Below, in pieces: positions 1 through 10,657 of a stretch of DNA of 64,000 nucleotides. Position 1 is the stretch's first letter; every line of letters begins with the position of its first letter. A program made the translations under genes and the position numbers. The stretch comes from Candidatus Eiseniibacteriota bacterium (GTDB taxonomy: Bacteria; Eisenbacteria; RBG-16-71-46), in NCBI GenBank assembly GCA_038231135.1, contig JBBRLX010000007.1, positions 65,475 through 129,474 on the forward strand, given 5' to 3'. A model generated the notes under the pieces. That model did not search any database. It was not told where the DNA came from and was given only the letters and a program-made list of their open reading frames with translations.

Positions 1-1816
1 CGGTCGCGATGCCGGGTGCGGCGGCCGGCTCCTTCACCACGCCCGCGCACATCACGATCGGCGACGGCGGAATCGCCCGCGTGCCGGTCTGGTTGTAGAG
101 GCTGACGTTCCCGCTCACGAACGGCAACGCCGCGCCCGGCGCGGCGAGGCCGCCGAGCGCCTCCGCGGCCACCGCCAGACCTTCGAGCGTCGCCTCGAAT
201 TCACCCATCACCAGCGGATCCTCGGGGCTGCCGGAATTGAGACAGTCGGTGAGCGCCCACGGCCGGCCGCCGGTGCACGCCACCTTGCGCGCCGCCTCGG
301 CCACCGCGTGACGGGCGCCCAGCTCGGGATCGGCGTCGCACCACCATGGATTGCCGCCGACGGCGAGCGCGACGCCAAGATTGCGGCCGGGCGCGGGCAC
401 GAACAGCGCGGCGTCGCCTTCGCCCGGCCTCAGCCAGGTACGGCCCTGCACTTCGCTGTCGTAGTGGCGGAACAGGTAGTCGCGCGCACCGCCGTTCACT
501 GACCCCAGCAGCGCGAGCAGCGCGCCCCTTGGATCGGGATGCGGGCGCCGCAGCTTGCGCGGCGCCGCCGGCACGCGGCGCCGGGACGGACGCGCGATGC
601 GGCGTCCGGCGGTGATCGCGTCCACGTCGCAGTCCACCACCACGACGTCGCGCCAGGTCACGCGGAACCGGCGCGCGGTGGTGGCGCGTCCGATCACGCG
701 CGCGCCGGCGCCGGGATGCACGTCGCCCAGCGCGAACTCGCGCTCGTAGATGCCGCACAGCTCGGCTGCGAACGCCTCCGGCACCACCCAGCAGTAGCGC
801 TCCTGGGTCTCCGCGCACAGCAGCACCTCGGGCGGCAGCTCGCGCGCGACCCGGTGGAGATCGTCGAGCACGAGTTCGGCGCCGCGCCCGCCGGCGGCCG
901 CCAGCTCGCTCACCGCGCACGCCACGCCGCCCGCGCCCAGATCCTTGAGCCCCGCGCGCACGCCGCGCGCGCGCACCCGGGCGAACGCCTCCTCGTTCGC
1001 GACGTTGAGCACGCGCGCCAGGAACGGGTCCGGCAGCTGGACTGCGCCGCGCCGGTCGCCGTCGTGATCGAGCGTCCCGGACGCGAACGCCGCGCCCCCG
1101 AACCCGCTGTCGTCGGTCGGCTTGCCCACCAGCACGAACACCCACGGCCCGGCGCCGTCCGGCACGCGGCTGCGCAGCACGCCGTCGCGCGGCGCGATGC
1201 CCACCGCCATCACGTTGACGAGCACGGCGCCGTCGAACCGCTCGTCGAAGCACGTGTCGCCGCCCAGGTTCGGGACGCCGAGCGGGTTGCCGTAGCCGGC
1301 GATGCCCTCGACGACGCCGCGGATCACGTCGCGCACGTGGACCGCGGCGGCGGGATCGCCGAACCGCAGCGCGTCGAGCACGCCCGCGACCGTGGCGCCC
1401 ATGCACACCACGTCGCGCACGATGCCGCCGACGCCGGTCGCGGCGCCCTCGACCGGCAGCACCTGGCTCGGGTGATTGTGGCTCTCGTGCGCCAGCACCA
1501 GCGCCAGGTCCTGGCACGGCACGGGCAGCGCCACCACCCCGGCGTCCTCGCCCGGCCCGATCAGCACCTGGGGCGCCGCGGACGGCAGCCGCCGCAGCAG
1601 CGCGCGCGTCGACTTGTAGGAGCAGTGCTCGCTCCACAGGATGCCGAACAGCACCGCCTCGGCCTCGAGCGGCGCGCGGCCGAGCAGCGCCGGCAGCAGC
1701 GTCACCTCCTCGGCGTCGAGCGCGATGCCGCGGGCCGCGAGCGCCCGCGACACCGCCCCCGGGTCACGCGCCTGTTCCAGCGTGTAGGCCCTGGTCGCCG
1801 CGCCGAGCAGCGTCAT
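1..1816 (-). CDS. purL: Phosphoribosylformylglycinamidine synthase subunit PurL. The N-terminus is in the window and the C-terminus runs past the left edge.
   Basis: Hand translation of the minus strand from the ATG at 1816 gives MTLLGAATRAYTLEQARDPGAVSRALAARGIALDAEEVTLLPALLGRAPLEAEAVLFGILWSEHCSYKS, which includes the PurL signature WSEHCSYKS. The frame has no stop before position 1, which explains why it is missing from the ORF track. Confidence 0.8.
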   Translation of the reverse strand, partial: MTLLGAATRAYTLEQARDPGAVSRALAARGIALDAEEVTLLPALLGRAPLEAEAVLFGILWSEHCSYKSTRALLRRLPSAAPQVLIGPGEDAGVVALPVPCQDLALVLAHESHNHPSQVLPVEGAATGVGGIVRDVVCMGATVAGVLDALRFGDPAAAVHVRDVIRGVVEGIAGYGNPLGVPNLGGDTCFDERFDGAVLVNVMAVGIAPRDGVLRSRVPDGAGPWVFVLVGKPTDDSGFGGAAFASGTLDHDGDRRGAVQLPDPFLARVLNVANEEAFARVRARGVRAGLKDLGAGGVACAVSELAAAGGRGAELVLDDLHRVARELPPEVLLCAETQERYCWVVPEAFAAELCGIYEREFALGDVHPGAGARVIGRATTARRFRVTWRDVVVVDCDVDAITAGRRIARPSRRRVPAAPRKLRRPHPDPRGALLALLGSVNGGARDYLFRHYDSEVQGRTWLRPGEGDAALFVPAPGRNLGVALAVGGNPWWCDADPELGARHAVAEAARKVACTGGRPWALTDCLNSGSPEDPLVMGEFEATLEGLAVAAEALGGLAAPGAALPFVSGNVSLYNQTGTRAIPPSPIVMCAGVVKEPAAAPGIAT

Positions 1817-1853
1817 GGTTGACGCGTAAGGCGGCCGCTCGCCGTGCGTCGGC

Positions 1854-3125
1854 TCACGCCGGCGCGTGGGCGCGCGCGAACAGCGAGTCCACGCCGCGCA
1901 GATAGGGTTCGAGCGTGAAGCACTCGGCCAGCCGGTCCGGCGTGAGCGCCTGGCGCACCTGCGGGTCGCGCTCGAGCGCCGCGCGGAACTCCTCGCCGCC
2001 GTCGAGCGCCGCGAGCGCCAGGCGCTGGACGATCCCGTAGGCGTGGTCGCGCGCGAGGCCGGCGTCGACCAGTGCCAGCAGCACGCGCTGCGAATGGACG
2101 AGTCCGCCGCCGGCCTCGAGATTGCGCCGCATCGCGTCGGGCCGCACGCGCAGCCCCTCGAGCACCCACGCGGTCTCCGCCGCCATGAAGTCCAGCACCT
2201 GGAACGCGTCGGGCAGGATCACGCGCTCGACCGACGAATGGCTGATGTCGCGCTCGTGCCACAGCGCCTGATTCTCGAACGCGGCCTGGGCGTAGCCGCG
2301 CACCAGCCGCGCCAGCCCGCAGATCCGCTCGCTGCGGATCGGATTGCGCTTGTGCGGCATCGCCGACGAGCCTTTCTGGCGCTCGGCGAACGGTTCCTCG
2401 GCCTCCCGCACCTCGGTGCGCTGCAGGTGCCGGACCTCGAGCGCGATGCGCTCGAGCGTCCCCGCCGTCACCGCGAGCGCGGCCAGCAATGCCGCGTGGC
2501 GGTCGCGCTGCACCACCTGCGTCGCCACCGGCTCGGGCGTGAGCCCCAGCGCCGCGAGTGCGGCGGTCTCGAGCGCGGCGTCGATGTGAACGAGCGTGCC
2601 CACGGCGCCCGAGAACTTCCCCACCGCGCAGTCCGCGAGCGCCGCGCGCACGCGGCGCACGCCGCGCCCCAGCTCTTCGCTCCATACCAGGCACTTGATG
2701 CCGAACGTGATCGGCTCGGCGTGGACGCCGTGTGTGCGGCCGGCCATCGGCACGTCGCGATGCCGCTGGGCGAGCGCCCACGCCGCGCGCCACACGCGCT
2801 CGAGTTCCGCCGTGAGCATGGCGCCCGCGGCGCCGATCTGGAGCGCGAGCGCCGTGTCCACCAGATCCGACGACGTCATGCCGGCGTGCAGGTGGCGCGC
2901 GTCCTCGCCCGCCGACTCCGCGATCATGGTCAGGAACGCGATGACGTCATGCTGCACCTCGGCTTCGATCGCGAGCATGCGCTCGGCGTCGATGTGCGCC
3001 CGCTCGCGCACGCGCGCCGCGGTGCCGGCCGGCACCAGGCCCCGCGCCTCGCGCGCGGCCGTGACGGCCAGCTCCACGTCGAGCCAGCCCTCGAGCCGCG
3101 ATGCGTCGGACCAGATGCCGCGCAT
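1854..3125 (-). CDS. purB: Adenylosuccinate lyase
   Basis: This is the C-terminal 424 aa of track ORF 1854..3779, starting at MRGIWSDASRLEGW, which matches PurB along its whole length. The ATG at 3125 was checked in the sequence. The N-terminal Arg-rich part of the track ORF is run-on. Confidence 0.9.
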   Translation of the reverse strand: MRGIWSDASRLEGWLDVELAVTAAREARGLVPAGTAARVRERAHIDAERMLAIEAEVQHDVIAFLTMIAESAGEDARHLHAGMTSSDLVDTALALQIGAAGAMLTAELERVWRAAWALAQRHRDVPMAGRTHGVHAEPITFGIKCLVWSEELGRGVRRVRAALADCAVGKFSGAVGTLVHIDAALETAALAALGLTPEPVATQVVQRDRHAALLAALAVTAGTLERIALEVRHLQRTEVREAEEPFAERQKGSSAMPHKRNPIRSERICGLARLVRGYAQAAFENQALWHERDISHSSVERVILPDAFQVLDFMAAETAWVLEGLRVRPDAMRRNLEAGGGLVHSQRVLLALVDAGLARDHAYGIVQRLALAALDGGEEFRAALERDPQVRQALTPDRLAECFTLEPYLRGVDSLFARAHAPA

Positions 3126-3148
3126 CCCGGGCCGGCTCAGGCGTTCGA

Positions 3149-4300
3149 TCACGGTTCGCCCCGCGGCGCCTCGACCAGTGTCAGCGTCACTTCGAGCTCC
3201 TTGCCCGCGCGCTCGAGCGTGAACTTGAGCCGGTCGCCCACCGACGCGCCGTAGATGCTCTTCTGCGCGTCGTCCACGGTGTCGATCGTCACGCCGTTCA
3301 CCCGCCGCAGGCGGTCGCCGACCCGGACCCCGGCCGCGGCGGCGGGACCGTTGGGGTCGACGCGCGTGACGACGAGGCCGTGGATGTCCGCGAACCCGAG
3401 CCGCTGGGCGAGATACGGTGTGAGCGGCTGCACCTGCATGCCGGGCCACGCCGACCGCACCCGGCCGTAGGTGCGGATCTCGTCGAGCAGCCGGCGCGCC
3501 AGGTTGATGGGGATCGCGAACCCGATCCCGAGCGAGCCGCCGCCCTTCGTGAAGATGAACGTGTTGACGCCGATCACCTCGCCGTCGCCGTTCACCAGCG
3601 GCCCGCCGCTGTTGCCGGGATTGATCGCCGCGTCGGTCTGGATCATGTTCTTGTAGACGCCGGATTCGGTGGCCTCGGACTTGACGTCCCGGTGCATCGC
3701 GCTGACCACGCCGGCCGTCACGGTGGGCTGGGTGTCGTTGAGCAGGTAACCGAACGGATTGCCGATCGCGATCGCCCACTCGCCCACCACCAGCTGATCG
3801 CTGTTGCCGAGCGGCGCCACCGGCAGCCTGGTGCCCGACACCTTGATCACCGCCAGGTCGTAGGTGGAGCTCGCGCCCAGCAGCTTCGCCGGCAGCTGGC
3901 GGCCGTCGTTCAGGGTGACGGCGATCTGCTCCGCGTTGTGGATCACGTGCTCGTTCGTGAGCACCGTGCCCGCGGCATCGATGATCACGCCGGAGCCGAG
4001 CCCGCTGATGCGTTCCTTGTATTCGGTGGGCGGATAGAACCGGTCCCAGAACTCGTCGCGGAACGCGCCGCCGAACGGATCGGTGCGCACCACGCGCGTC
4101 GCCACGACGCTCACCGACACCACCGCCGGGCTGACGCGCTCCGCCGCGGTGACGATCGACGTGCGGCGGCTGGCCGGCAGCGACTCGGCGGCGTCCACGG
4201 TCCCGTGCCGGCCCGTCCGTTGCAGCACCCCGAGCGTCCCCGCCACCCCGACCAGCAGCCCGAGCACGAGCCCCGCGGTCCAGCCGCGTCCCCTGCTCAT
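3149..4300 (-). CDS. htrA: HtrA/DegP-family periplasmic serine protease, with a trypsin-like domain and a PDZ domain
   Basis: The product has a signal/TM segment (MSRGRGWTAGLVLGLLVGVAG), an HVIHNAEQ motif, the GNSGGPL catalytic motif and a C-terminal PDZ domain. The ATG at 4300 was verified, and it overlaps the truA stop by 4 nt (ATGA). Confidence 0.85.
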   Translation of the reverse strand: MSRGRGWTAGLVLGLLVGVAGTLGVLQRTGRHGTVDAAESLPASRRTSIVTAAERVSPAVVSVSVVATRVVRTDPFGGAFRDEFWDRFYPPTEYKERISGLGSGVIIDAAGTVLTNEHVIHNAEQIAVTLNDGRQLPAKLLGASSTYDLAVIKVSGTRLPVAPLGNSDQLVVGEWAIAIGNPFGYLLNDTQPTVTAGVVSAMHRDVKSEATESGVYKNMIQTDAAINPGNSGGPLVNGDGEVIGVNTFIFTKGGGSLGIGFAIPINLARRLLDEIRTYGRVRSAWPGMQVQPLTPYLAQRLGFADIHGLVVTRVDPNGPAAAAGVRVGDRLRRVNGVTIDTVDDAQKSIYGASVGDRLKFTLERAGKELEVTLTLVEAPRGEP

Positions 4301-5046
4301 GATGCCGCCTCCGCGTCGTAGCTCACGTGCTCGAGCGACAGCCCGCGCGCGGGCGCCGTGCGGGCCGCCGCGGCGCGGTCGCGCGCCGCCAGCACCGCGA
4401 GCATCGCCGCGCCCGGATCGCGGGTCCGGGCGGCGTCGACCACGGTGCCCACGATGTTGCGCACCATGTGATAGAGAAAGTGATCCGCGGCGATGTCGAG
4501 GCGCGGGCCCGAGTCCGACCCGGACCATGCGGCGAGATCGATGCGGCACACGGGATCGGCGGGCGAGCTGCCGGTGGCGCGGAACGACGAGCAGTCGTGG
4601 CAGCCGAGCAGCGGACGGGTCGCGGCGGCGAGCCGGTCGAGGTCGGGGGTGTGCCGCGGCCACCATGCAAACCGTCCCAGCAGCACGTCGTCGTGATCGA
4701 GCAGCCGGTACTGGTAGCGGCGCGCCCGCGCCGAGTGGCGCGCGTGGAATCCCGCGTGGGCCTCGGCGGCCGCCCGCACCCGCACGTCCGCCGGCAGCGC
4801 CCGGTCGAGCAGCGGGCGCAGCGCCTGCGCCGGCAGCGCGGTCGCGCTGTCGAACGACGCCACCTGGCCCCGCGCATGCACGCCGGCGTCGGTGCGTCCC
4901 GCCGCGTGCAGCGCCGCGACCGGTCCGCCCAGCACCCGGGCGAGCGCCTCCATCAGCGTGCCCTGCACCGTGCGCAGCCCGGGCTGCGACTGCCAGCCAT
5001 GGAACCCCGTGCCGTCATAGGCCACGAGCAGGCGGAACACCCGCAT
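4297..5046 (-). CDS. truA: tRNA pseudouridine(38-40) synthase TruA
   Basis: The product contains LVAYDGTGFHGWQSQ, GRTDAGVHA and the rest of the TruA fold motifs. Confidence 0.9.
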   Translation of the reverse strand: MRVFRLLVAYDGTGFHGWQSQPGLRTVQGTLMEALARVLGGPVAALHAAGRTDAGVHARGQVASFDSATALPAQALRPLLDRALPADVRVRAAAEAHAGFHARHSARARRYQYRLLDHDDVLLGRFAWWPRHTPDLDRLAAATRPLLGCHDCSSFRATGSSPADPVCRIDLAAWSGSDSGPRLDIAADHFLYHMVRNIVGTVVDAARTRDPGAAMLAVLAARDRAAAARTAPARGLSLEHVSYDAEAAS

Positions 5047-5047
5047 G

Positions 5048-5902
5048 TCACGCCCGCCACAGCGCCGCGACTCCCACCACGAGCCAGCCCAGCAGCGCCG
5101 CGGCCCTGCCGCCTCCCGGCGCCGCCACCGGGCGCAGCCGGTAATGGCGCGCCTCGAGCCCGGTCGCGACCCGCTCCGCGGTCTCGATCGCGGCGACCAC
5201 CGCCGGCACCGCGACCGCGCGCCGCGCCGCCAGCGTCTCGCGCCAGCCCCGGGGGGCCCGGCCGGCGCGCAGCGCCTGGAGCCTGGCGATGCGCCGGCAC
5301 TCGGCGGCGAGCAGCGGCGCGAACCGCAGGGCGAGTCCGATCATCGCGCGCGCCTCGCGCACCGGCACGCCGGCGCGCTCGAGCGGCGCGACCCGCACCG
5401 CCAGCTCGTCGGCCGCACGCTCCGCCGGCCACGCGGCGCGCAGCGCGTGAACCGCGAGCGCCGCGCCCGCGAGCCGCAGCGTGAGCAGCAGTCCCGCGGC
5501 GAGGCCGGGCAGCGTGGCCGGCGCGCCGAACACCCGCGGCAGCTCGAACGCCGGGGCCTGGCCCAACAGCGGCACGCGCAGCGGCGTCCCGCGGATCAGG
5601 TAGAGGTTGAGCACGATCGCGAGCCCGCCGCCCCAGGCGAGCGCCGTCCACCACGGCCGGCGCGGCACGCCCGCGCCCGCCAGCGCCGCGCCCACAGCAC
5701 CCACGCCGATCGCCAGCGCCGCGGTTTCGAACCGCCCGGCGATCATCGCGGCGGCGAGCGCTCCCAGCAGCACCGAACCCAGGCCTGAGTTGCGGTCGTG
5801 ACCGACCCGCTCATGAGTCGCGGGGTTCGCGGGGGTCGCGGGCTTCGTGGCGGCCGTCACGGCCCCGCCGATCGCCTCCGGCACCAGCGCATCGACGCTC
5901 AC
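5048..5902 (-). CDS. ecfT: Energy-coupling-factor transporter transmembrane subunit EcfT (CbiQ family)
   Basis: The product is a multi-TM protein ending in LRFAPLLAAECRRIARLQALRAG ... AAIETAERVATGLEARHY, which matches the EcfT motif alRFiP..e..i..AQ.aRG ... AMeaRgY. The gene order ecfT-truA is conserved in many bacteria. The proposed GTG start at 5902 overlaps the asd TGA stop (GTGA). The N-terminal 340 aa of track ORF 5048..6919 is run-on through the asd antisense frame. Confidence 0.6.
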   Translation of the reverse strand: MSVDALVPEAIGGAVTAATKPATPANPATHERVGHDRNSGLGSVLLGALAAAMIAGRFETAALAIGVGAVGAALAGAGVPRRPWWTALAWGGGLAIVLNLYLIRGTPLRVPLLGQAPAFELPRVFGAPATLPGLAAGLLLTLRLAGAALAVHALRAAWPAERAADELAVRVAPLERAGVPVREARAMIGLALRFAPLLAAECRRIARLQALRAGRAPRGWRETLAARRAVAVPAVVAAIETAERVATGLEARHYRLRPVAAPGGGRAAALLGWLVVGVAALWRA

Positions 5903-6915
5903 GCCGCCGCCACCCGCTCGCGGCACCACGCCTCGGCGATCTGGATGGAGTTGAGTGCGGCGCCCTTGCGCAGGTTGTCGGAGCACACGAAGAACACGAG
6001 GCCCCGCGGGTCCGTGAGATCGCGGCGCGCGCGGCCGACCAGCACCGGATCGCGACCGGCCACCCGCAGCGGCGTCGGGTATTCGAGCGCCAGGGGATCG
6101 TCGACCACCTCGATCCCCGGAAACGCGCGCCACAACTCGCGCGCCTGGGCCGGCTCGATCGCGCGATCGAACGTGGCCGTCACCGCGGCGGCGTGGCCCA
6201 CGCGCACCGGCACGCGCACCGCTGTCGCGGTCACCTTGAGATCCGGCAGTCCGAGGATCTTGCGCGACTCCCACACGATCTTCATCTCCTCGCGGGTGTA
6301 GCCGTTGTCCTCGAACCGGTCGATGTGCGGGACCACGTTCCAGCCCAGGGGCGCGAGCCCGCCCGCCCGCGCCGGCGGCGCGCCGTCGAGGCCGTCGCGG
6401 ATGCCGCGCTCGAGGTCCGCGAGCGCCTCGCTGCCGGCGCCCGACACCGACTGGTACGTCGCGACCACCAGCCGCTCGAGCGCGGCCGCCGGCCGCAGGG
6501 CGGCGAGCGGCAGCACGATCGCGATCGTCGAGCAGTTGGGATTCGCGATCAGCGTGGGCCTCGACTCCAGCAGCCGCCCGTTGATCTCGGGCACGATGAG
6601 CGGCACGGCGTCGTCGTAGCGGAACGCGCTGCTGTTGTCGATCACGACGGCGCCCGCGGCGCGCGCGACCGGCGCCCACTGGCGGCTGACGTCGTTCGCC
6701 GACGCGAACAACGCGAGGTCGATGTCCCGGAACGCGGCGGGTCCCACCGGCTCGACGGGCAGTTCGGCGCCGCGGAACGGCAGCGTGCGCGACGCCCCGC
6801 GATCGCTCGCGATCAACCGCAGGGCGCCGAGCGGGAACGCGCGCTCTTCGAGCAGCGCGAGCGTGGTGCGGCCGACGAGGCCGGTGGCGCCGAGGATGGC
6901 GACGCGACGGGTCAC
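5899..6915 (-). CDS. asd: Aspartate-semialdehyde dehydrogenase
   Basis: The product starts with the NAD-binding motif MTRRVAILGATGLVGR, has the active-site region NPNCSTI, and has an Asd C-terminal domain. Confidence 0.9.
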   Translation of the reverse strand: MTRRVAILGATGLVGRTTLALLEERAFPLGALRLIASDRGASRTLPFRGAELPVEPVGPAAFRDIDLALFASANDVSRQWAPVARAAGAVVIDNSSAFRYDDAVPLIVPEINGRLLESRPTLIANPNCSTIAIVLPLAALRPAAALERLVVATYQSVSGAGSEALADLERGIRDGLDGAPPARAGGLAPLGWNVVPHIDRFEDNGYTREEMKIVWESRKILGLPDLKVTATAVRVPVRVGHAAAVTATFDRAIEPAQARELWRAFPGIEVVDDPLALEYPTPLRVAGRDPVLVGRARRDLTDPRGLVFFVCSDNLRKGAALNSIQIAEAWCRERVAAA

Positions 6916-7012
6916 ACATCCCCCGTGGACAGGATCACCATGAGGAAACTCCGCGCGAAGGTGCCGGATGAACTGCGACGGCGTTCATGGTAGTCAGCCG
7001 TTTCGAACGCTG

Positions 7013-8503
7013 TCAACGCGCAGGCCGCGGCGGGCGGCGACGGAAACCCGCGAGCGCGATCAGCGCCGTCACCACCACCGCCAGCACGCCCGGCCAGTCG
7101 CCGAATCGAGTGTACAGCGTCGGGATGCCGGGCACGCCGAGCCGGCCCACCAGCACGCCCGGCCGCCACACCGGCAGCCGCCGCGTGACGCGCCCGTTCG
7201 CGTCGATCAGCTCCGTCAGCCCGGTGTTCGCGCAGCGCGCCAGCGGGACGTGGTTCTCGGCCGCACGGAACACCGCCATCGCGGCGTGCTGGTACAGCGC
7301 GGAACTGTTGCCGAACCATTCGTCGTTCGTGATGTTCACGAGCCAGCGCGCGCCGTGGCGCACGTCGTCGCGGGCCAGGTCCGGGAAGATCGACTCGAAG
7401 CAGATCAGCGTGCCGAACGGTCCGGGCGCGGCGTCGAACAGCACGCGTGCGCGGCCCGGCGTCCACTCGGCCTGGCCGAATTGCAGCTTGCCGAGCGCGG
7501 GCACCACCGACTGGAACGGCATCCGCTCGCCGAACGGCACCAGGTGCCGCTTGGCGTAGATCCTGCCCGTGGCGCCGTCGGGCTCGAACATGCCGGCGGC
7601 GTTGTAATAGCGCACGCCGCCGCCCGGCTCGAGCTCGTAGTCGGGGAATCCCGAAAACACCTGCACGCGGGCGGCGCCCGCGAGCGCCACCACCTGCAGC
7701 GCCTGATCGACCTGGAGCCGGAGATACGTGCCGGTCGCGGTCTCGGGCCAGATCACGATCGACGGCCGCGTGCTATCGGCCGCGGCGGCGCGCGTGAGCG
7801 CGAGGAACCGGTCGAGGATCTCCTTCGTGTGATGCCCGGACCATTTCATCTCGCCCGGCACGTTGCCCTGCACGAGCGCGACCGCCGGACCCAGGGTCCG
7901 CGGCGCGGCATCGAGCACGCGCTGCCCCCAGAACCACGGCAGCAGCACCGCCAGCACGGCGCCCGCCAGGGCCCGCGCCCGGCCGCCGCCACGCCACGCC
8001 TGCCAGATCAGCACGTTCAAGCCCAGCACCCACAGCGTCACCAGCGTGATGCCGCCCACGCTCGCGAGCTGGACGATCGGCGCGTACGCGTGCTGCGTGT
8101 AGCCGGGCTGGAACCACGGGAACCCCATCTCGCCCGCGGCGCGGAATTCCTCGACCACGAGGAACGCGAACGGCAGCACGAGCGCGAGCGGCGCCCGGGC
8201 GCGGCGCGCCAGCCATCCGGACAGCCAGGTGGCGAGGCCCGCGAACAGCGCCAGGTAGGCGGCGGCGAGCACCCACGCCGGATACTTGAGCCACGGCGTC
8301 GTCATCGCCACGTCGGCCAGCAGCGCGATCCAGTGCGTGCCGATCAGGAAGAACACCAGGCCGAACACGTAGCCGAGCCGGAACCACGCGCCGGGGCCCT
8401 GACCCGTGCGGACGCGCCGCTCGAGCGCCGCGAACAGCGGCACGAATCCGAACCACGCGAGCACGCCGAACGGGCCGGGCAGGAACGCGGCGCCCAGCAG
8501 CAC
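7013..8503 (-). CDS. lnt: Apolipoprotein N-acyltransferase
   Basis: The product has an N-terminal multi-TM domain followed by a CN-hydrolase domain (VIWPETA ... ICFESIFP ... ITNDEWFG), which is the Lnt architecture. Confidence 0.85.
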   Translation of the reverse strand: MLLGAAFLPGPFGVLAWFGFVPLFAALERRVRTGQGPGAWFRLGYVFGLVFFLIGTHWIALLADVAMTTPWLKYPAWVLAAAYLALFAGLATWLSGWLARRARAPLALVLPFAFLVVEEFRAAGEMGFPWFQPGYTQHAYAPIVQLASVGGITLVTLWVLGLNVLIWQAWRGGGRARALAGAVLAVLLPWFWGQRVLDAAPRTLGPAVALVQGNVPGEMKWSGHHTKEILDRFLALTRAAAADSTRPSIVIWPETATGTYLRLQVDQALQVVALAGAARVQVFSGFPDYELEPGGGVRYYNAAGMFEPDGATGRIYAKRHLVPFGERMPFQSVVPALGKLQFGQAEWTPGRARVLFDAAPGPFGTLICFESIFPDLARDDVRHGARWLVNITNDEWFGNSSALYQHAAMAVFRAAENHVPLARCANTGLTELIDANGRVTRRLPVWRPGVLVGRLGVPGIPTLYTRFGDWPGVLAVVVTALIALAGFRRRPPRPAR

Positions 8504-8537
8504 GCCGGACGCCGCGGCCCCGATCAGATCCCGCCGC

Positions 8538-9551
8538 TCAGCCGAGCCGCACTTCCTTTCCCTGATCCGCCGACCGGTAGATGGCGTCGATCGATTCCAT
8601 CACCGGCAGGATCTCCTCGCCCGTCCCCATGGGCTTGGTGCCGCGGCGGAGCGCCTCCGAGAAATGCAGCACCTGCGTCTCCAGCGCCTGCTTGTACTGG
8701 TAGCGCGACGTGTCGAGCGTGGGCGTCACGTTGACGAGCGAGCCGTGCATGCCCTTGTGCACGCGGAACGGATTCAGCAGTGCCGCGCCCCCGGCGCCGA
8801 ACAGGTTCAGGTACGCGAAGTCCTTCTCCATCAGCAGGCCCCACGTCAACTCGAGCGTGAGCGTGGTGCCGTTGTCGAGCCGCAGCAACGCCGTGGCGCT
8901 GTCCTCGACCTCGTCCTTGCGCAGCCGGTGGACGCTGGCACTCACCGACACCACCGCAGGATTGCCGAGCACCCACAGCGACAGATCGAGCATCTGGAAG
9001 CCGAGGTCGAGCACCACCCCGCCGCCCGATTCGCGCTTCTGCCGGCGCCACTCGTCGGAGTCCCATTCGGTGCGCTGCCGCAGCCAGCCGGCCTTCGCGA
9101 AGAAGATGTCGCCCAGATCGCCCTTCTCCACGAACTTCTTGAGCAGCTGGGCGTCGGGGCGGAACCGGTGCTGCACGGCGCACAGCAGCAGGCGGTCGGC
9201 CTTCTTCGCGGCCTTGACCATGTTCGCCGCCTCTTCGGCGCGGCGCGCGAACGGCCGCTCGCACAGCACGTGCTTGCCGGCCTCGAGCGCCGCGATCGCC
9301 ATCGGCGCGTGCAGGTAGTTCGGCGTGCAGATGTCGATCGCGTCGATGTCCTCGGCCGCCAGCAGGTCGTCGAACCGGTCGAACGCGTGCTCGATGCCGA
9401 ACTTCTGCGCCACGCGCGCGGCCTTCTCGGGATCGCGGTCGCACAGCCCGACCAGCTCGAGGCCTTCGGTCTTCTTGAGCGCCGGTATGTGATTGATCTG
9501 CGCGGCCGCACCCACGCCCACGAGTCCGATTCGCACGTTCTTTCGCGCCAC
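8538..9551 (-). CDS. Gfo/Idh/MocA-family NAD(P)-dependent oxidoreductase
   Basis: The product starts with a Rossmann fold (VRIGLVGVGAAAQINHIP) and ends with a GFO_IDH_MocA C-terminal domain. The proposed start is the GTG at 9551, with GAGGG about 9 nt upstream. The upstream part of track ORF 8538..9926 is Arg-rich run-on. Confidence 0.8.
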   Translation of the reverse strand: MARKNVRIGLVGVGAAAQINHIPALKKTEGLELVGLCDRDPEKAARVAQKFGIEHAFDRFDDLLAAEDIDAIDICTPNYLHAPMAIAALEAGKHVLCERPFARRAEEAANMVKAAKKADRLLLCAVQHRFRPDAQLLKKFVEKGDLGDIFFAKAGWLRQRTEWDSDEWRRQKRESGGGVVLDLGFQMLDLSLWVLGNPAVVSVSASVHRLRKDEVEDSATALLRLDNGTTLTLELTWGLLMEKDFAYLNLFGAGGAALLNPFRVHKGMHGSLVNVTPTLDTSRYQYKQALETQVLHFSEALRRGTKPMGTGEEILPVMESIDAIYRSADQGKEVRLG

Positions 9552-9604
9552 TGGGGAGGCCCTCACGGGTGGAGCCGGCACATTACGGAGCGGGTTCCGG
9601 AGCG

Positions 9605-10618
<1,014 letters not shown>

Positions 10619-10657
10619 CCCGGCCTCCTCCCTGCCACCCGTGGCGGAGCGATCCCC

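Noticed and set aside
539-1822. A 427-aa plus-strand ORF and the 478-aa minus-strand ORF at 201..1637, both Arg/Ala/His-rich
   Set aside because: These are antisense and out-of-frame shadows of purL. The real purL frame runs from 1816 to the left edge and is missing from the track only because it has no stop inside the window.
5048-6919. A 623-aa ORF that would make one large protein spanning ecfT and asd
   Set aside because: Its N-terminal ~340 aa is an alternative frame of the asd region. Only the C-terminal ~284 aa, starting at the GTG inside the asd stop, looks like EcfT.
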